Program-made: the position numbers and the translations under genes
Part shown: one piece after another, positions 1 through 8,946 of the stretch
Layout of the letters: each line of letters opens with the position of its first letter
How positions within the stretch are numbered: the first letter of the stretch is position 1
Source: Candidatus Korobacteraceae bacterium
GTDB lineage: Bacteria > Acidobacteriota > Terriglobia > Terriglobales > Acidobacteriaceae
Direction: 5' to 3'
Length of the DNA: 64,000 nt
Assembly: GCA_049520555.1 (NCBI GenBank)
Contig: JBEKPR010000024.1
Location: forward strand, 1,176 to 65,175
The notes under the pieces: generated by a model
The model's input: only the letters and a program-made list of their open reading frames with translations
Told to the model about the DNA's origin: nothing
The model's database searches: none

Positions 1-967
1 CCCGACCGCCAACCCCCGCAGCCCAGTCGGTAAAGTAGTTGGCACGGGTACCATCCTCACTGGACTGATGGTGTTCCAGGCCCTCGCCGCCAACCGTATC
101 GCTGAGCGAAAAAAGGAAATCATAGTGATCGTAGTGATGGGAGTTGAAGAGCTTCTGCGCTTCGATCACAAGATTCTTGTGGTATTGCAGCTCCTCCGGC
201 GTGATTTCGAGATCGGCAGGCTTGTCGGCGAAAAGATCGAGGAACACCTGATTGTCTGCGCCTGTGGACAGGTCGACGCGCTTGTAATTGACGCCGGCGT
301 AGAGCGGCGAGTCCACAAGAGTGTTCAGCGGAGCCGGTTTGAAGTGAATCAGGTTTCCATCCTGCGATCCGAGCTCCAGCGCAGTAGCGAATTTCCAACC
401 CTCGGGCAGCCGGACGGCGGGATCAAACAGGATGCGCCGCGAGAAGTAGCCCGCCGGATAAAGCAGCACGCTGTTCCAGGTAACGTCGGCAAAATTGGAC
501 GAGATACGGCCCCGCTTTGGGTCCAATGGAGCCAAATACTGAAAATTGATTTCCAGGCGGGTTACGCCCTGCGGTACCTGGATGTGGAAGGCGTACATAT
601 TCACGCGATCACGGACCCACTCGACCCTTTTGCCATTCGCCGTGACCACGAGACCGGCCATGTTCTCCACCGGGTTCGACGGGGAGTGCGTGCCGGGAAG
701 CCACTCCGGGTAGAGCAGTGTAATCTCGCGGCCTTTTACCGGTACCGTCTCATGGACATTCAACACACGATCGGTGATGTTGGTGATATCGACACTCAGA
801 GCGATGGTGCCGGGATGCGACGTGTCTGCCGGCGCGGTAATGGGCGGAGGCAGCGGCACAGGCTGTGGGCCACCTGAGTTCTGCGCATGCACCGCACAGG
901 TTAGAAAAATGGAAAGGGCTGCGAAAAGCGCCGCGGCGCCGCGACGACGGAAGGACCAAGATGGCAC
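1..967 (-). CDS. M61-family (glycyl aminopeptidase-like) peptidase, N-terminal part; the gene runs off the window start
   Basis: Not in the ORF track because it is open at the window edge. My hand translation of the minus strand from the GTG at 967 gives a signal-like VPSWSFRRRGAAALFAALSIFLTCAVHAQ, then ITLLYPEWLPGTHSP and SDTVGGEGLEHHQSSE. The GGxGLEH block is typical of M61. The listed + ORF 68..877 is its antisense. Confidence 0.5.
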   Translation of the reverse strand, partial: MPSWSFRRRGAAALFAALSIFLTCAVHAQNSGGPQPVPLPPPITAPADTSHPGTIALSVDITNITDRVLNVHETVPVKGREITLLYPEWLPGTHSPSNPVENMAGLVVTANGKRVEWVRDRVNMYAFHIQVPQGVTRLEINFQYLAPLDPKRGRISSNFADVTWNSVLLYPAGYFSRRILFDPAVRLPEGWKFATALELGSQDGNLIHFKPAPLNTLVDSPLYAGVNYKRVDLSTGADNQVFLDLFADKPADLEITPEELQYHKNLVIEAQKLFNSHHYDHYDFLFSLSDTVGGEGLEHHQSSEDGTRANYFTDWAAGVGGR

Positions 968-1095
968 GCCAATCCTCCAAAACTCCGAACAATACTGTAC
1001 ACCAGCACCGGCGCTCCGAAACGGCCAGAGATTTGGTGGAGATCGAGTCTGCGCCGTGCTCCTAGCCTGTTGCATCCAAGTCCGCTGCGAACCCT

Positions 1096-1266
1096 ATGCT
1101 GCGCCTAGCTGAAATCTGTGAGCGCATTGCCGCTACCACCAAGAAGCTGGAAAAGACCGCCATCGTGGCTGACTACTTCCGCTCGCGGGAGTTGCGCGAC
1201 GCGGCGACCTCGGCCATCTTCCTCTCTGGCCGGGCGTTTCCGGCCTTCTCGGCAATCGTGCACCAT
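1096..1266 (+). pseudogene. N-terminal remnant (~55 codons) of an ATP-dependent DNA ligase
   Basis: The ORF begins MLRLAEICERIAATTKKLEKTAIVADYFRSRELRDAATSAIFLSGRAFPA, a ligase-like N-terminus. After ~1250 the frame reads antisense through the genes at 1267-2660 and becomes Arg/His noise. Confidence 0.4.
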
Positions 1267-1731
1267 CTAGTCGTACACCGTGAACTCAAAGCTCTTCTTG
1301 GCGTGCACCGGGCCTTGCGAGGCTTCCACGGCAAGGTTCCACGGGCCAGACATATCCATGCTCGTCATCGCAGCCTCGTAGTCGCCGTTGCCCTTGGGCG
1401 CGAACTTGATCTGGGTTGTGCCCATATCCATCTCCTTCATCCTAAGAGCGCCGTTTACCTCAGCGTCGTTGGCCGGCTGCGCATGGTCATCGGTGATATG
1501 CAGCGTGAGGGTCAGAGGCTTGACCATCCGCGGATGGTCGGGAGAAACCTTCAAGTCCATGTGCCACGGACCTGCCTCGCCGGTAGCAGACGAAGGCGTA
1601 GCTTGCGGTTGCGGTTCCGGCGCGATCGCTTTCTGGCTACAGCCCAAAGTGCAGGCCAAACTCACAGCGAAAATCGCACAGGCCAGCCGACATTGATGAA
1701 TCGACAAAAAGTTTCTCCGCTTCCGCTTCAA
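1267..1731 (-). CDS. FixH/YtkA-like secreted or lipoprotein domain protein
   Basis: 154-aa ORF with an N-terminal signal and Cys (LACTLGCSQ). It has a beta-rich domain with MDMG/MDMSGPW motifs, as in FixH/YtkA-like metal-associated proteins. The TTG start overlaps the upstream CDF stop (TTGA). Confidence 0.55.
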   Translation of the reverse strand: MKRKRRNFLSIHQCRLACAIFAVSLACTLGCSQKAIAPEPQPQATPSSATGEAGPWHMDLKVSPDHPRMVKPLTLTLHITDDHAQPANDAEVNGALRMKEMDMGTTQIKFAPKGNGDYEAAMTSMDMSGPWNLAVEASQGPVHAKKSFEFTVYD

Positions 1732-2660
1732 TGGGAGTGGCCGTGTTCGTGGGCCGGGCTGATGGGGATGACACAGCCGTCCGCCACTTCGCAGACCGCC
1801 AGCTCGAACTGGATGGTGGTGTGGTGGATGTGGAAGCGTTTGCCCATTTGCTCGCGAATCAGGCGCAGAATTCCCTCGCTCTCGGACGCGGGCATGTCAG
1901 CGATGGCCACGTGGCAGGAAAGCGAGTGGGTGTCGCTGCCGATGCTCCACACGTGCAGATCGTGCACATCGTTCACCCCCGGAATGGTGCGGATGATCTC
2001 CTCAATGCGCTGCAACTCCATGCCGCTGGGAGTGCCTTCCAGCAGAATGTTCAGGCTCTCGCGGATGATCCCGATGGAAGACCAGAGGATCATGACGCCA
2101 ATGCCCACGGAAAGTGCGGGGTCGATCCAGCGCTCGCCGGTCAGGGCAATCATGATGCCGCCGGCGATAACCGCGGCCGTGGACAAGGTATCGCCAATCT
2201 CGTGCAGCAGTGCGCTGCGCAGGTTGATGTCGCGATGGCCGCGCATCAACAGCAGCGCAATCGCGCCGTTCATAACGACGCCGGCGGCTGCCACCCAGAT
2301 CATGATGCCGGCGTGCACATCCACCGGAGATTGCAAACGGCGGAAGGCTTCGTAGAGGATGTAGAAGGCAATCAGGACCAGCGACAGGCCGTTGACGAAC
2401 GCGACCAGCACGCCCGCGCGGTTGTAGCCGAAGGTCTTACGCGCGCTGGGCGGCCTGCCTTGCAAATAGACTGCGCCCCACGACATCAGCAAGGCGACGA
2501 AGTCGGAGAGATTGTGTCCAGCCTCGGAGAGCAGCGCCAGGCTATGGGCGCGCAGCCCGGCCACGACCAGCAGCACGATGTAGGCGAGCGTCACGACCAG
2601 CGAAATACGCAGCACACGCGAGGTGGTCCGATTCCTGGCGTCGCTGGCATGCACGTGCAT
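1728..2660 (-). CDS. cation diffusion facilitator (CzcD-like) metal efflux transporter
   Basis: 310 aa with six TM-like segments. CDF signature regions include HSLALLSEAGHNLSDF and HEIGDTLS, and the C-terminal tail is His-rich (HEHGHSH). Confidence 0.85.
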   Translation of the reverse strand: MHVHASDARNRTTSRVLRISLVVTLAYIVLLVVAGLRAHSLALLSEAGHNLSDFVALLMSWGAVYLQGRPPSARKTFGYNRAGVLVAFVNGLSLVLIAFYILYEAFRRLQSPVDVHAGIMIWVAAAGVVMNGAIALLLMRGHRDINLRSALLHEIGDTLSTAAVIAGGIMIALTGERWIDPALSVGIGVMILWSSIGIIRESLNILLEGTPSGMELQRIEEIIRTIPGVNDVHDLHVWSIGSDTHSLSCHVAIADMPASESEGILRLIREQMGKRFHIHHTTIQFELAVCEVADGCVIPISPAHEHGHSH

Positions 2661-2795
2661 GTCTCCAGTTTAAGAGCGGGATTGCACTCTGTTCAACCTC
2701 AGGAACTTCGCCAAGATCCGGGCGGGCAAAACGGGCTGAGGGTTTAGCGGCTGTCAACAGCATCAAGGGCGCGCCGTCGCCAACCCCGTTCTTGG

Positions 2796-2824
2796 TTGAC
2801 GCGCCGATGTTGCGTCCTTAAGAT
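2796..2824 (+). promoter_or_regulatory. candidate sigma70-type promoter for the kinase gene
   Basis: TTGACG (2796-2801), a 17-nt spacer, then TAAGAT (2819-2824), about 30 nt upstream of the ATG at 2855. Confidence 0.3.
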
Positions 2825-2854
2825 GATGTCACCCCAAGGTTCAGCCACCTCGTA

Positions 2855-5713
2855 ATGATTGACCAGATCGTATCCCATTACCGCATTATCGAGAAAGTCG
2901 GCGGCGGAGGGATGGGTGTGGTCTACAAGGCCGAGGACGTTTCCCTGCACCGGTTTGTCGCCCTGAAGTTCTTGCCGGATGAAATCGCCAAAGATCCCCA
3001 AGCCTTGGCCCGCTTCGAGCGCGAGGCCCAGGCGGCCTCTGCCCTGAACCATCCCAATATCTGCACCATCTATGAAATCGATGAGCACGACGGTAAGCCC
3101 TTCATCGCCATGGAATTTCTGGACGGCATGACGCTGAAGCATCGCATCGCCGCCAAACCCATCGAGACCGATGTTCTGCTTAGTCTGGCCATTGAGATTG
3201 CGGACGCGTTGGACGCGGCGCATTCGGAAGGGATCATCCATCGCGACATCAAGCCCGCCAACATTTTTGTGACCGTACGCGGCCACGCCAAGATTCTCGA
3301 TTTCGGACTGGCCAAGATCGCGGCCAAAGCCGGTTCGTCGAGCAAGATTTCAGCAGCCGAGACGATGATGGTGACGAGCGCCGAACTGCACCCGACCAGT
3401 CCCGGTTCTGCGGTCGGCACCGTGGCTTACATGTCGCCCGAGCAGGTACGGGCCAAAGATCTCGATGCCCGTTCCGACCTGTTCTCGTTTGGCGTGGTGT
3501 TGTACGAAATGGCCACCGGCCTAATGCCGTTTCGCGGCGAAAGTTCGGGAGTCATCTCCAAGGCGATTCTGGACGGCGCACCCACTTCGCCAGTGCGGTT
3601 AAATCCCGACATATCGCCCGAGCTGGAACGAATCATCAACAAAGCCCTGGAGAAGGACCGCAATCTGCGTTACCAGCACGCTGCGGAAATGCGCGCCGAC
3701 TTGCAGCGGGCAAAGCGGGACATCGAGAGCGGAGTCAGTTCTGCGGCGAGCTCGAGTGCGGTGGCCGCGCCACAAGCTGTTGCTGCTTCAGGCAGCAAGC
3801 TCTGGAGGATTGCGTTTCTGGTCCTGCTGAGCGCGGCGTTGGTCGCGGGCGGCCTTTACTATCGCGGGCATCAAGCCAAGCCGCTGACCGGCAACGACAC
3901 CATTGTCCTCTCCGATTTCACCAACACCACCGGCGACAGCGTTTTTGACGACACGCTGAAGCAGGGACTCGCGGTGCAACTTGAGCAATCGCCCTTTCTC
4001 GCCCTGGTTTCTGAGCGCAAGGTGAACGAGACTTTGCGGCTGATGGGCCGCCCCGCAGGTGACCGTTTGACGCCGGAGCTGGCGCGCGAAGTTTGCCAGC
4101 GTAGGGGCAGCCGAGCCATCCTGACAGGCTCCATTGCTGCGCTGGGCAGCCAATACGTGATTGGCCTGAAGGCGGCGGACTGTAACACCGGAGACGTATT
4201 GGCCGAGGCGCAGGAGCAGGCGGCGGGCAAGGAAGCGGTGCTCAAGGCCCTGGACAATGCGGCCGTCATCTTGCGCGCCAAGCTGGGCGAGTCGCTCAGC
4301 TCGGTGCAGAAGTATGCCACCCCGGTGGAGGAAGCGACCACGCCCTCGCTGGAGGCGCTGAAAGCCTACAGCCTGGGAAGGAAGATGCAGGCTGCAAAAG
4401 GGGACGTTCCGGCTTTGCCCTTCTACAAACGCGCGGTGGAATTGGACCCGAATTTTGCCGTGGCCTACCGATCCATGTCGGTGGTGTACGGCAATCTCAA
4501 CGAGTTGGGCCGGGCGGCGGAGAATTCGCGCAAGGCTTACGAACTGCGGGAGAAGGTGAGCGAGCGCGAGCGGCTCGCCATCGAGGCCATCTACTACACC
4601 TACACCACCGGCGAACTGGAGAAGGCGGCGCAGGCCTACGAGCTGTGGCAGCAAACCTACCCGCGGGACTATTTGCCTTACACCAACCTGGGCGATATTT
4701 ACGGCATCCTGGGGAACTGGGAAAAGGCTTTGCAGGAAGCGAGCGGGGCGCTGCGCCTGGAGCCGAATGATGAGAACAACTATCTCAACCTCGGCAGCGA
4801 CTACGCCAGCCTCAACCGGCTGGACGAGGCGGAGACAGTGTACAAGCAAGCCGAGGAGCGCAAGCTGGAGGGCGAGTTCCTGCTGACCAATCGCTACCAG
4901 TTGGCTTTCCTCAAGGGCGATACCGCGCAGATGGCGCAACTGCTCGCCGCTGCCATGGGCAAGCCTGGCGCCGAAGAACTGGTGCTGGCCTATCAGGGGG
5001 ACACCGAAGCCTGGTCCGGCAAATTGAAAAAGGCGCACGAGCTGACGCTGCAGGCCATGGAGTCAGCCCAGCACTACGACGCCAAAGAGGCGGCCGCAAT
5101 GTATCAGGCAGCGGCGGCGCTGCGCGAGGTGGAATCCGGCAACCGCAATCAGGCCGTCGCCGAAGCCACGGCAGCGGTGAAGCTAGCTCCCAACCGCGAC
5201 GTAAAGGCAATGGCGGCAGTGGCCCTGGCGCTCGCAAGCGATACCGCAGGAGCGGAGAAGCTGGCGGTTGAGCTCGACAAAACATTCCCGCTCGACACGC
5301 TGGTCCAGAGGTATTGGCTGCCCACCATCCAGGCGGCCATCGCCTTGCAGCGCAAAGATGCCAGCCGGGCCATCGAAATATTGCGGGCGACCAGCGCTAT
5401 CGAACTCGGTCTGCCGACGAACCTCGCAGTGTCCCTATGCCCGGTTTATTTGCGGGGAGAAGCCTATCTCATGCTGCACGACGGCCAGGCCGCAGCAGCG
5501 GAATTCCAGAAGTTCGTCGACCACCGGGGTGCGGTGGTGAACTTTCAATGGGGAGCGCTGGCCCGCCTCGGCCTGGCTCGCGCTTACGCCGTGCAGGGTG
5601 ACACGGCCAGGGCCCGCGCCGGATATCAGGACTTCCTCGCGCTCTGGAAAGACGCCGACCCCGATGTTCCTATCCTGAAGGACGCCAAAGCGGAGTACGC
5701 GAAGCTACAGTAA
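2855..5713 (+). CDS. Ser/Thr protein kinase with TM segment and C-terminal TPR repeats
   Basis: 952 aa. Kinase motifs [26 protein letters not shown] and YMSPEQ are present, followed by a TM helix ([21 protein letters not shown]) and a long TPR-like region. Confidence 0.9.
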   Translation: MIDQIVSHYRIIEKVGGGGMGVVYKAEDVSLHRFVALKFLPDEIAKDPQALARFEREAQAASALNHPNICTIYEIDEHDGKPFIAMEFLDGMTLKHRIAAKPIETDVLLSLAIEIADALDAAHSEGIIHRDIKPANIFVTVRGHAKILDFGLAKIAAKAGSSSKISAAETMMVTSAELHPTSPGSAVGTVAYMSPEQVRAKDLDARSDLFSFGVVLYEMATGLMPFRGESSGVISKAILDGAPTSPVRLNPDISPELERIINKALEKDRNLRYQHAAEMRADLQRAKRDIESGVSSAASSSAVAAPQAVAASGSKLWRIAFLVLLSAALVAGGLYYRGHQAKPLTGNDTIVLSDFTNTTGDSVFDDTLKQGLAVQLEQSPFLALVSERKVNETLRLMGRPAGDRLTPELAREVCQRRGSRAILTGSIAALGSQYVIGLKAADCNTGDVLAEAQEQAAGKEAVLKALDNAAVILRAKLGESLSSVQKYATPVEEATTPSLEALKAYSLGRKMQAAKGDVPALPFYKRAVELDPNFAVAYRSMSVVYGNLNELGRAAENSRKAYELREKVSERERLAIEAIYYTYTTGELEKAAQAYELWQQTYPRDYLPYTNLGDIYGILGNWEKALQEASGALRLEPNDENNYLNLGSDYASLNRLDEAETVYKQAEERKLEGEFLLTNRYQLAFLKGDTAQMAQLLAAAMGKPGAEELVLAYQGDTEAWSGKLKKAHELTLQAMESAQHYDAKEAAAMYQAAAALREVESGNRNQAVAEATAAVKLAPNRDVKAMAAVALALASDTAGAEKLAVELDKTFPLDTLVQRYWLPTIQAAIALQRKDASRAIEILRATSAIELGLPTNLAVSLCPVYLRGEAYLMLHDGQAAAAEFQKFVDHRGAVVNFQWGALARLGLARAYAVQGDTARARAGYQDFLALWKDADPDVPILKDAKAEYAKLQ

Positions 5714-5789
5714 CTTCGCACTCGGCCCTGAAAGCAAATAGATATTCGACTGTTCGTCCGGCGACACGGAGAAGCGATCTTCGCAACCG

Positions 5790-6023
5790 ATGATCGACGC
5801 TCCTCTTGGACCGTTCCCATTTTATCCGCAACTGCTGGATGCCAATCTTATCGACCGCCTTGTGTTGCTGACCGTTCCGATCGTTCTCGGAAAGGGCAAA
5901 AGAATCTTCGGCAACACCAGCCACCAAGTCGCCCTGGAACTATTGAAGTGCGAGGCCACGCCGACGGGCGTCATCATGGCGACTTACGAGCGGGCAGGCG
6001 CAGTCCCAACCGGAAGTCTATAA
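5790..6023 (+). pseudogene. C-terminal remnant of a RibD_C / dihydrofolate-reductase-like protein
   Basis: The 77-aa ORF contains LIDRLVLLTVPIVLGKGKRIFG...GVIMATYER, which matches the C-terminal third of RibD_C-family proteins. The frame is closed upstream, so no N-terminal part is present. Confidence 0.45.
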
Positions 6024-6058
6024 ACATTCGGCCGGCAATTTTTCGACGGATGGAAATC

Positions 6059-6145
6059 GGTGAACGTCCCGTCAGTCCCCAGTTCGTCATCCCCGAGTTC
6101 GTCCCCGAGTTCCCCTCCCCCGAGTTCCCAAGTTTCCCCGAGTTT
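6059..6145. repeat. 22-nt motif GGTGAACGTCCCGTCAGTCCCC followed by about five spaced CCCC(G)AGTT(C) units
   Basis: Read directly. CCCCGAGTTC occurs at 6091, 6103 and 6118; CCCCGAGTTT at 6136; CCCCAGTTC at 6077. The spurious PEF/NSG-rich ORFs in the track arise from it. Confidence 0.55.
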
Positions 6146-6401
6146 TGTCCAGTCAATGCAAAGGCTGGGCGAGGTTTTGCCGATGGTAGCAGCAGAAGGT
6201 GACGAAATGAGTTGCCCGCTGTGGTGAACGGCCCGCCCAAGAAAACTGGGCTTCAGTAGGCCACCCGCCGACACGTTGTCGTCGGGCGAAAGAGTTGCGG
6301 CTCATCACCGAGGCCGACGGGGCGTCTACCACAGTGCTGTTGCCGGAGAAACATTGAAGCGCATAGATGGTAATATCAGAAATCTGAGGAGCCAAGTCAG
6401 A

Positions 6402-7268
6402 GTGTCCACTGGAAGCCAACTGTCGCTTCTTCCAAACCTGGAGAAGACCCCAGAAATCCCCCTAAAGCCGGAAGGTCAGATCATCGTTGGTGACATCCTT
6501 GAAGAGTTGAAGAAGTTTGCCGACGAGACCTTCCAGTGCTGCGTCACCAGTCCGCCCTATTGGGGACTTCGCGATTACGGCATACCGGGCCAGATTGGTG
6601 CGGAGAGGAAGCTGGAGGACTACATTACGAAGCTCGTTCAGGTCTTCCGTGAAGTGAAGCGCACGCTGAAGGGTAACGGCACATTCTGGCTCAATATTGG
6701 AGACGGGTACACGAGCGGTGGGCGAACATGGCGAGATTCCGACAAGAAGAACAAAGGACGCGGGATGGATTATCGCGCTCCCACGCCGGACGGCCTCAAG
6801 CCGAAGGACCTCATCGGAGTTCCTTGGCGTGTGGCGTTCGCTCTACAGGCTGATGGCTGGTATCTCCGTTCGGAGGTCATCTGGTACAAGCCGAATGCAC
6901 AGCCGGAGTCAGTGAAGGATCGTCCCACCCGCGCTCACGAGCACGTGTTCCTCTTCTCCAAGAACGAACAATACTTATATGACCACGAGGCTGTACGGGA
7001 GAAGGGCGACAACGGCTTACCACGGAACCTGCGCTCGGTTTGGCAGGTGAACACAGAGCCATACGCTGAGGCTCACTTCGCGACGTTCCCCCGCGCTCTC
7101 ATCCTGCCGTGCCTTCTCGGCGGGAGCAAACCGGACTCTATTGTGCTTGACCCATTTTTCGGATCGGGGACTGTTGGCCTTGTCAGCGGAGCCTTGGGGC
7201 GGAAGTTCGTAGGGATCGAGCTGAATCCCGAATACGCTCAGCTGGCGAGGAAACGCTTAGGTTGGTGA
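6402..7268 (+). CDS. beta-class N4/N6 DNA methyltransferase; the SPPY motif suggests N4-cytosine
   Basis: Motif IV is CCVTSPPYWGLRDYG (early) and motif I is LDPFFGSGTVG (near the C-terminus). I prefer the in-frame GTG at 6402, preceded by GAGGAG, over the track start at 6276. Confidence 0.85.
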   Translation: MSTGSQLSLLPNLEKTPEIPLKPEGQIIVGDILEELKKFADETFQCCVTSPPYWGLRDYGIPGQIGAERKLEDYITKLVQVFREVKRTLKGNGTFWLNIGDGYTSGGRTWRDSDKKNKGRGMDYRAPTPDGLKPKDLIGVPWRVAFALQADGWYLRSEVIWYKPNAQPESVKDRPTRAHEHVFLFSKNEQYLYDHEAVREKGDNGLPRNLRSVWQVNTEPYAEAHFATFPRALILPCLLGGSKPDSIVLDPFFGSGTVGLVSGALGRKFVGIELNPEYAQLARKRLGW

Positions 7269-8021
7269 GAAATCCCACTCGCCGTGGACGATGCAAAGGC
7301 TCTTCTTCAAGTCCTTCACCTGTAGCTTGCGCTCCGTCCCGCCGTCGAAGTAGAGCGCGAACTTCACGTTGCCCTTCCCGTCCTTGACAGTACAGTAGCC
7401 CGGCTTCGGATTCTGCGTGCTTTCGATCCGCATCTCTAACTTGCCTTTCGCGGCTTCTTCTAATAACGCTTTGGGAATCTCGACGAGTTCGTAGTGCCAG
7501 AACTTCTTGCCCTTCTCTTCGCGCTCCCATGCCCGGAGAGTCATTATGCGCTCGTAATTCTTCATGTGGTGTAGGAACTGATCACGGAGTCCCTTCAACT
7601 GCTCTGGCTTGTTAGACCAATCGCCCTTGCCCAATTCCATGAACTTGGAAATCCAGATCGAATCAACCTTCAGATGGGCGTCGGCTTGGGTCTTGAGCGA
7701 GAACTTCGTGCCGTCAATCGTGACGTCATGCCCCGGATTTCCCATCGGTGAACGCTGAGCGTTACGGCCCCCGAGCTTCATCACGCGCTCTATCGCTCGC
7801 TCGAATTGCTCCTTGGTGAGTGGGCGTGTAGCAGTCCCATGGTGAGCGAGTAAGTGAACACCGAATTCCTCTAAGAAAACATCCGTTACCAGATCGGACT
7901 TTTCGCTGCGTTTCTCGGTCATGGCACCGAGCAGCCCGGTCACGACGCTAGACACATAGGCGAGCTTGCGGGTGGAGAGCTTCCTGAGAAGCTCAAGCAG
8001 CTCTGCTGGGACGTCGGGCAC
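7257..8021 (-). CDS. putative Type II restriction endonuclease (PD-(D/E)xK-like)
   Basis: 254 aa, convergent with the methyltransferase; the 3' ends overlap by 12 nt. Candidate catalytic block: GHDVTIDGTKFSLKT. I recognise no other family. The start (GTG at 8021) is uncertain. Confidence 0.5.
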   Translation of the reverse strand: MPDVPAELLELLRKLSTRKLAYVSSVVTGLLGAMTEKRSEKSDLVTDVFLEEFGVHLLAHHGTATRPLTKEQFERAIERVMKLGGRNAQRSPMGNPGHDVTIDGTKFSLKTQADAHLKVDSIWISKFMELGKGDWSNKPEQLKGLRDQFLHHMKNYERIMTLRAWEREEKGKKFWHYELVEIPKALLEEAAKGKLEMRIESTQNPKPGYCTVKDGKGNVKFALYFDGGTERKLQVKDLKKSLCIVHGEWDFSPT

Positions 8022-8037
8022 GGCAGCAGCAGTGTAG

Positions 8038-8334
8038 ATGTTCGGCCAGCCAAAATCCAGTTACAATTGTGTCGCGATGAACATTCGCCAAGTAGAACCG
8101 AATTCCGACGCGAAACAAGGACTTCCGGAAGGCGATCGCTTGTTCCACTTCTTCGCGGAGTCTTCCCAAGGCAAGGCCGAGTACTTCGTCGCCGTACATC
8201 AGGTGAGTGATGGTAGCATTCGCACGGCCTGTCAGTGTATGAGCGCGATCTTCAACTTCGCCCGGAGGCAGGAACCTTGCTGCAAGCATGCGGCTGAAGC
8301 AGTGAAGATCGTGAGCTGGACACCTAGGCGTTAG
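8038..8334 (+). CDS. small SWIM zinc-finger protein
   Basis: EYFVAVHQVSDGSIRTACQCMSAIFNFARRQEPCCKHAAEAV fits the SWIM pattern CxCx(n)CxH, including the typical CKH. It is divergent from the endonuclease gene. An alternative start is MNIRQ at 8077. The overlapping minus ORF 7993..8358 has no motif. Confidence 0.45.
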   Translation: MFGQPKSSYNCVAMNIRQVEPNSDAKQGLPEGDRLFHFFAESSQGKAEYFVAVHQVSDGSIRTACQCMSAIFNFARRQEPCCKHAAEAVKIVSWTPRR

Positions 8335-8398
8335 GTAAATTCGGGAAACGCAGAACATTCCCCGTAACTGGTTTGGCGAAAACCGGGGGTGAAACCCT

Positions 8399-8458
8399 GG
8401 GGACAGACGGAACGTTCCCCAGTTTTTCGAACGAATTGAGATTGGTGAACGTCCGGTC
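8399..8458. repeat. inverted plus direct copies of the 6059-6080 motif
   Basis: 8399-8420 GGGGACAGACGGAACGTTCCCC matches the reverse complement of 6059-6080 at 19 of 22 positions by hand alignment. 8444-8458 GGTGAACGTCCGGTC matches 6059-6073 at 14 of 15 in direct orientation. Confidence 0.5.
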
Positions 8459-8659
8459 TATGCTGGGGGCCCCACTCATTCGCGGGTTTCTAATGAGTGG
8501 GACCGCGAGGCGGAACGCGTTATCCTGAGCGGCCATTCCTGACAATTCACTTTTACCAAGCCCTCTTCGCCGCAAGCATACGTCCGGAAGCTGCTCCATT
8601 TCCACTCTTCGGGTTTTTGAGTGGGAGCACCCGGCCTCCGGAAACCGCCTCGACCTTGG

Positions 8660-8923
8660 TTACCGCCCGTACCTCAGCTTGTTCATAGATTTCGCGAGCC
8701 CCTGCATGGCGGCGTCGTGCGCGCGGCCTTGCTTCCGGGCTTGCTTGACCATGTCATCGAGGAACTGCCACGGCGGCTCCTGCAGCCGCTGCAGCACGAC
8801 AGTGTCTTTTCTCGCGATGACGAGGAACGGCGTCCCGGGTTCGAGCCCGAGCGCCTTGCGAACAGGACCAGGAATGACGACCTGTCCGCGGGAAGAGATG
8901 CGGGTGGTAAAGGGAGTTCTCAT
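8660..8923 (-). CDS. AbrB/SpoVT (MazE-like) domain protein, orphan antitoxin-like
   Basis: Internal start MRTPFTTRISSRGQVVIPGPVRKALGLEPGTPFLVIARKDTVVLQ, a classic SpoVT-AbrB swapped-hairpin motif. No toxin ORF is adjacent. Confidence 0.7.
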   Translation of the reverse strand: MRTPFTTRISSRGQVVIPGPVRKALGLEPGTPFLVIARKDTVVLQRLQEPPWQFLDDMVKQARKQGRAHDAAMQGLAKSMNKLRYGR

Positions 8924-8946
8924 AATACCTCGGCATAATTTTCTTA

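Noticed and set aside
68-877. 269-aa + strand ORF at the window start
   Set aside because: The minus-strand frame gives a signal peptide and M61-like blocks. The + translation has no recognisable features.
1096-2355. 419-aa ORF as a real full-length gene
   Set aside because: Only the first ~55 codons look protein-like. The rest overlaps two well-supported minus-strand genes.
3788-5038. 416-aa minus-strand ORF (similar cases at 1731-2747, 49893-50702, 53577-54338 and 57943-58926)
   Set aside because: All are antisense shadows of well-supported genes: the kinase, CDF transporter, desulfurase, IDH-like enzyme and ABC ATPase.
5948-6419. Several 84-96-aa ORFs with PEF/NSG/ELG-rich repeats
   Set aside because: They are translations of the CCCCGAGTTC repeat block and adjacent non-coding DNA, not genes.
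7993-8358. 121-aa minus-strand ORF upstream of the endonuclease as a possible controller protein
   Set aside because: It has no HTH or other motif. The overlapping + ORF carries a clean SWIM signature and is preferred, although this is not proven.
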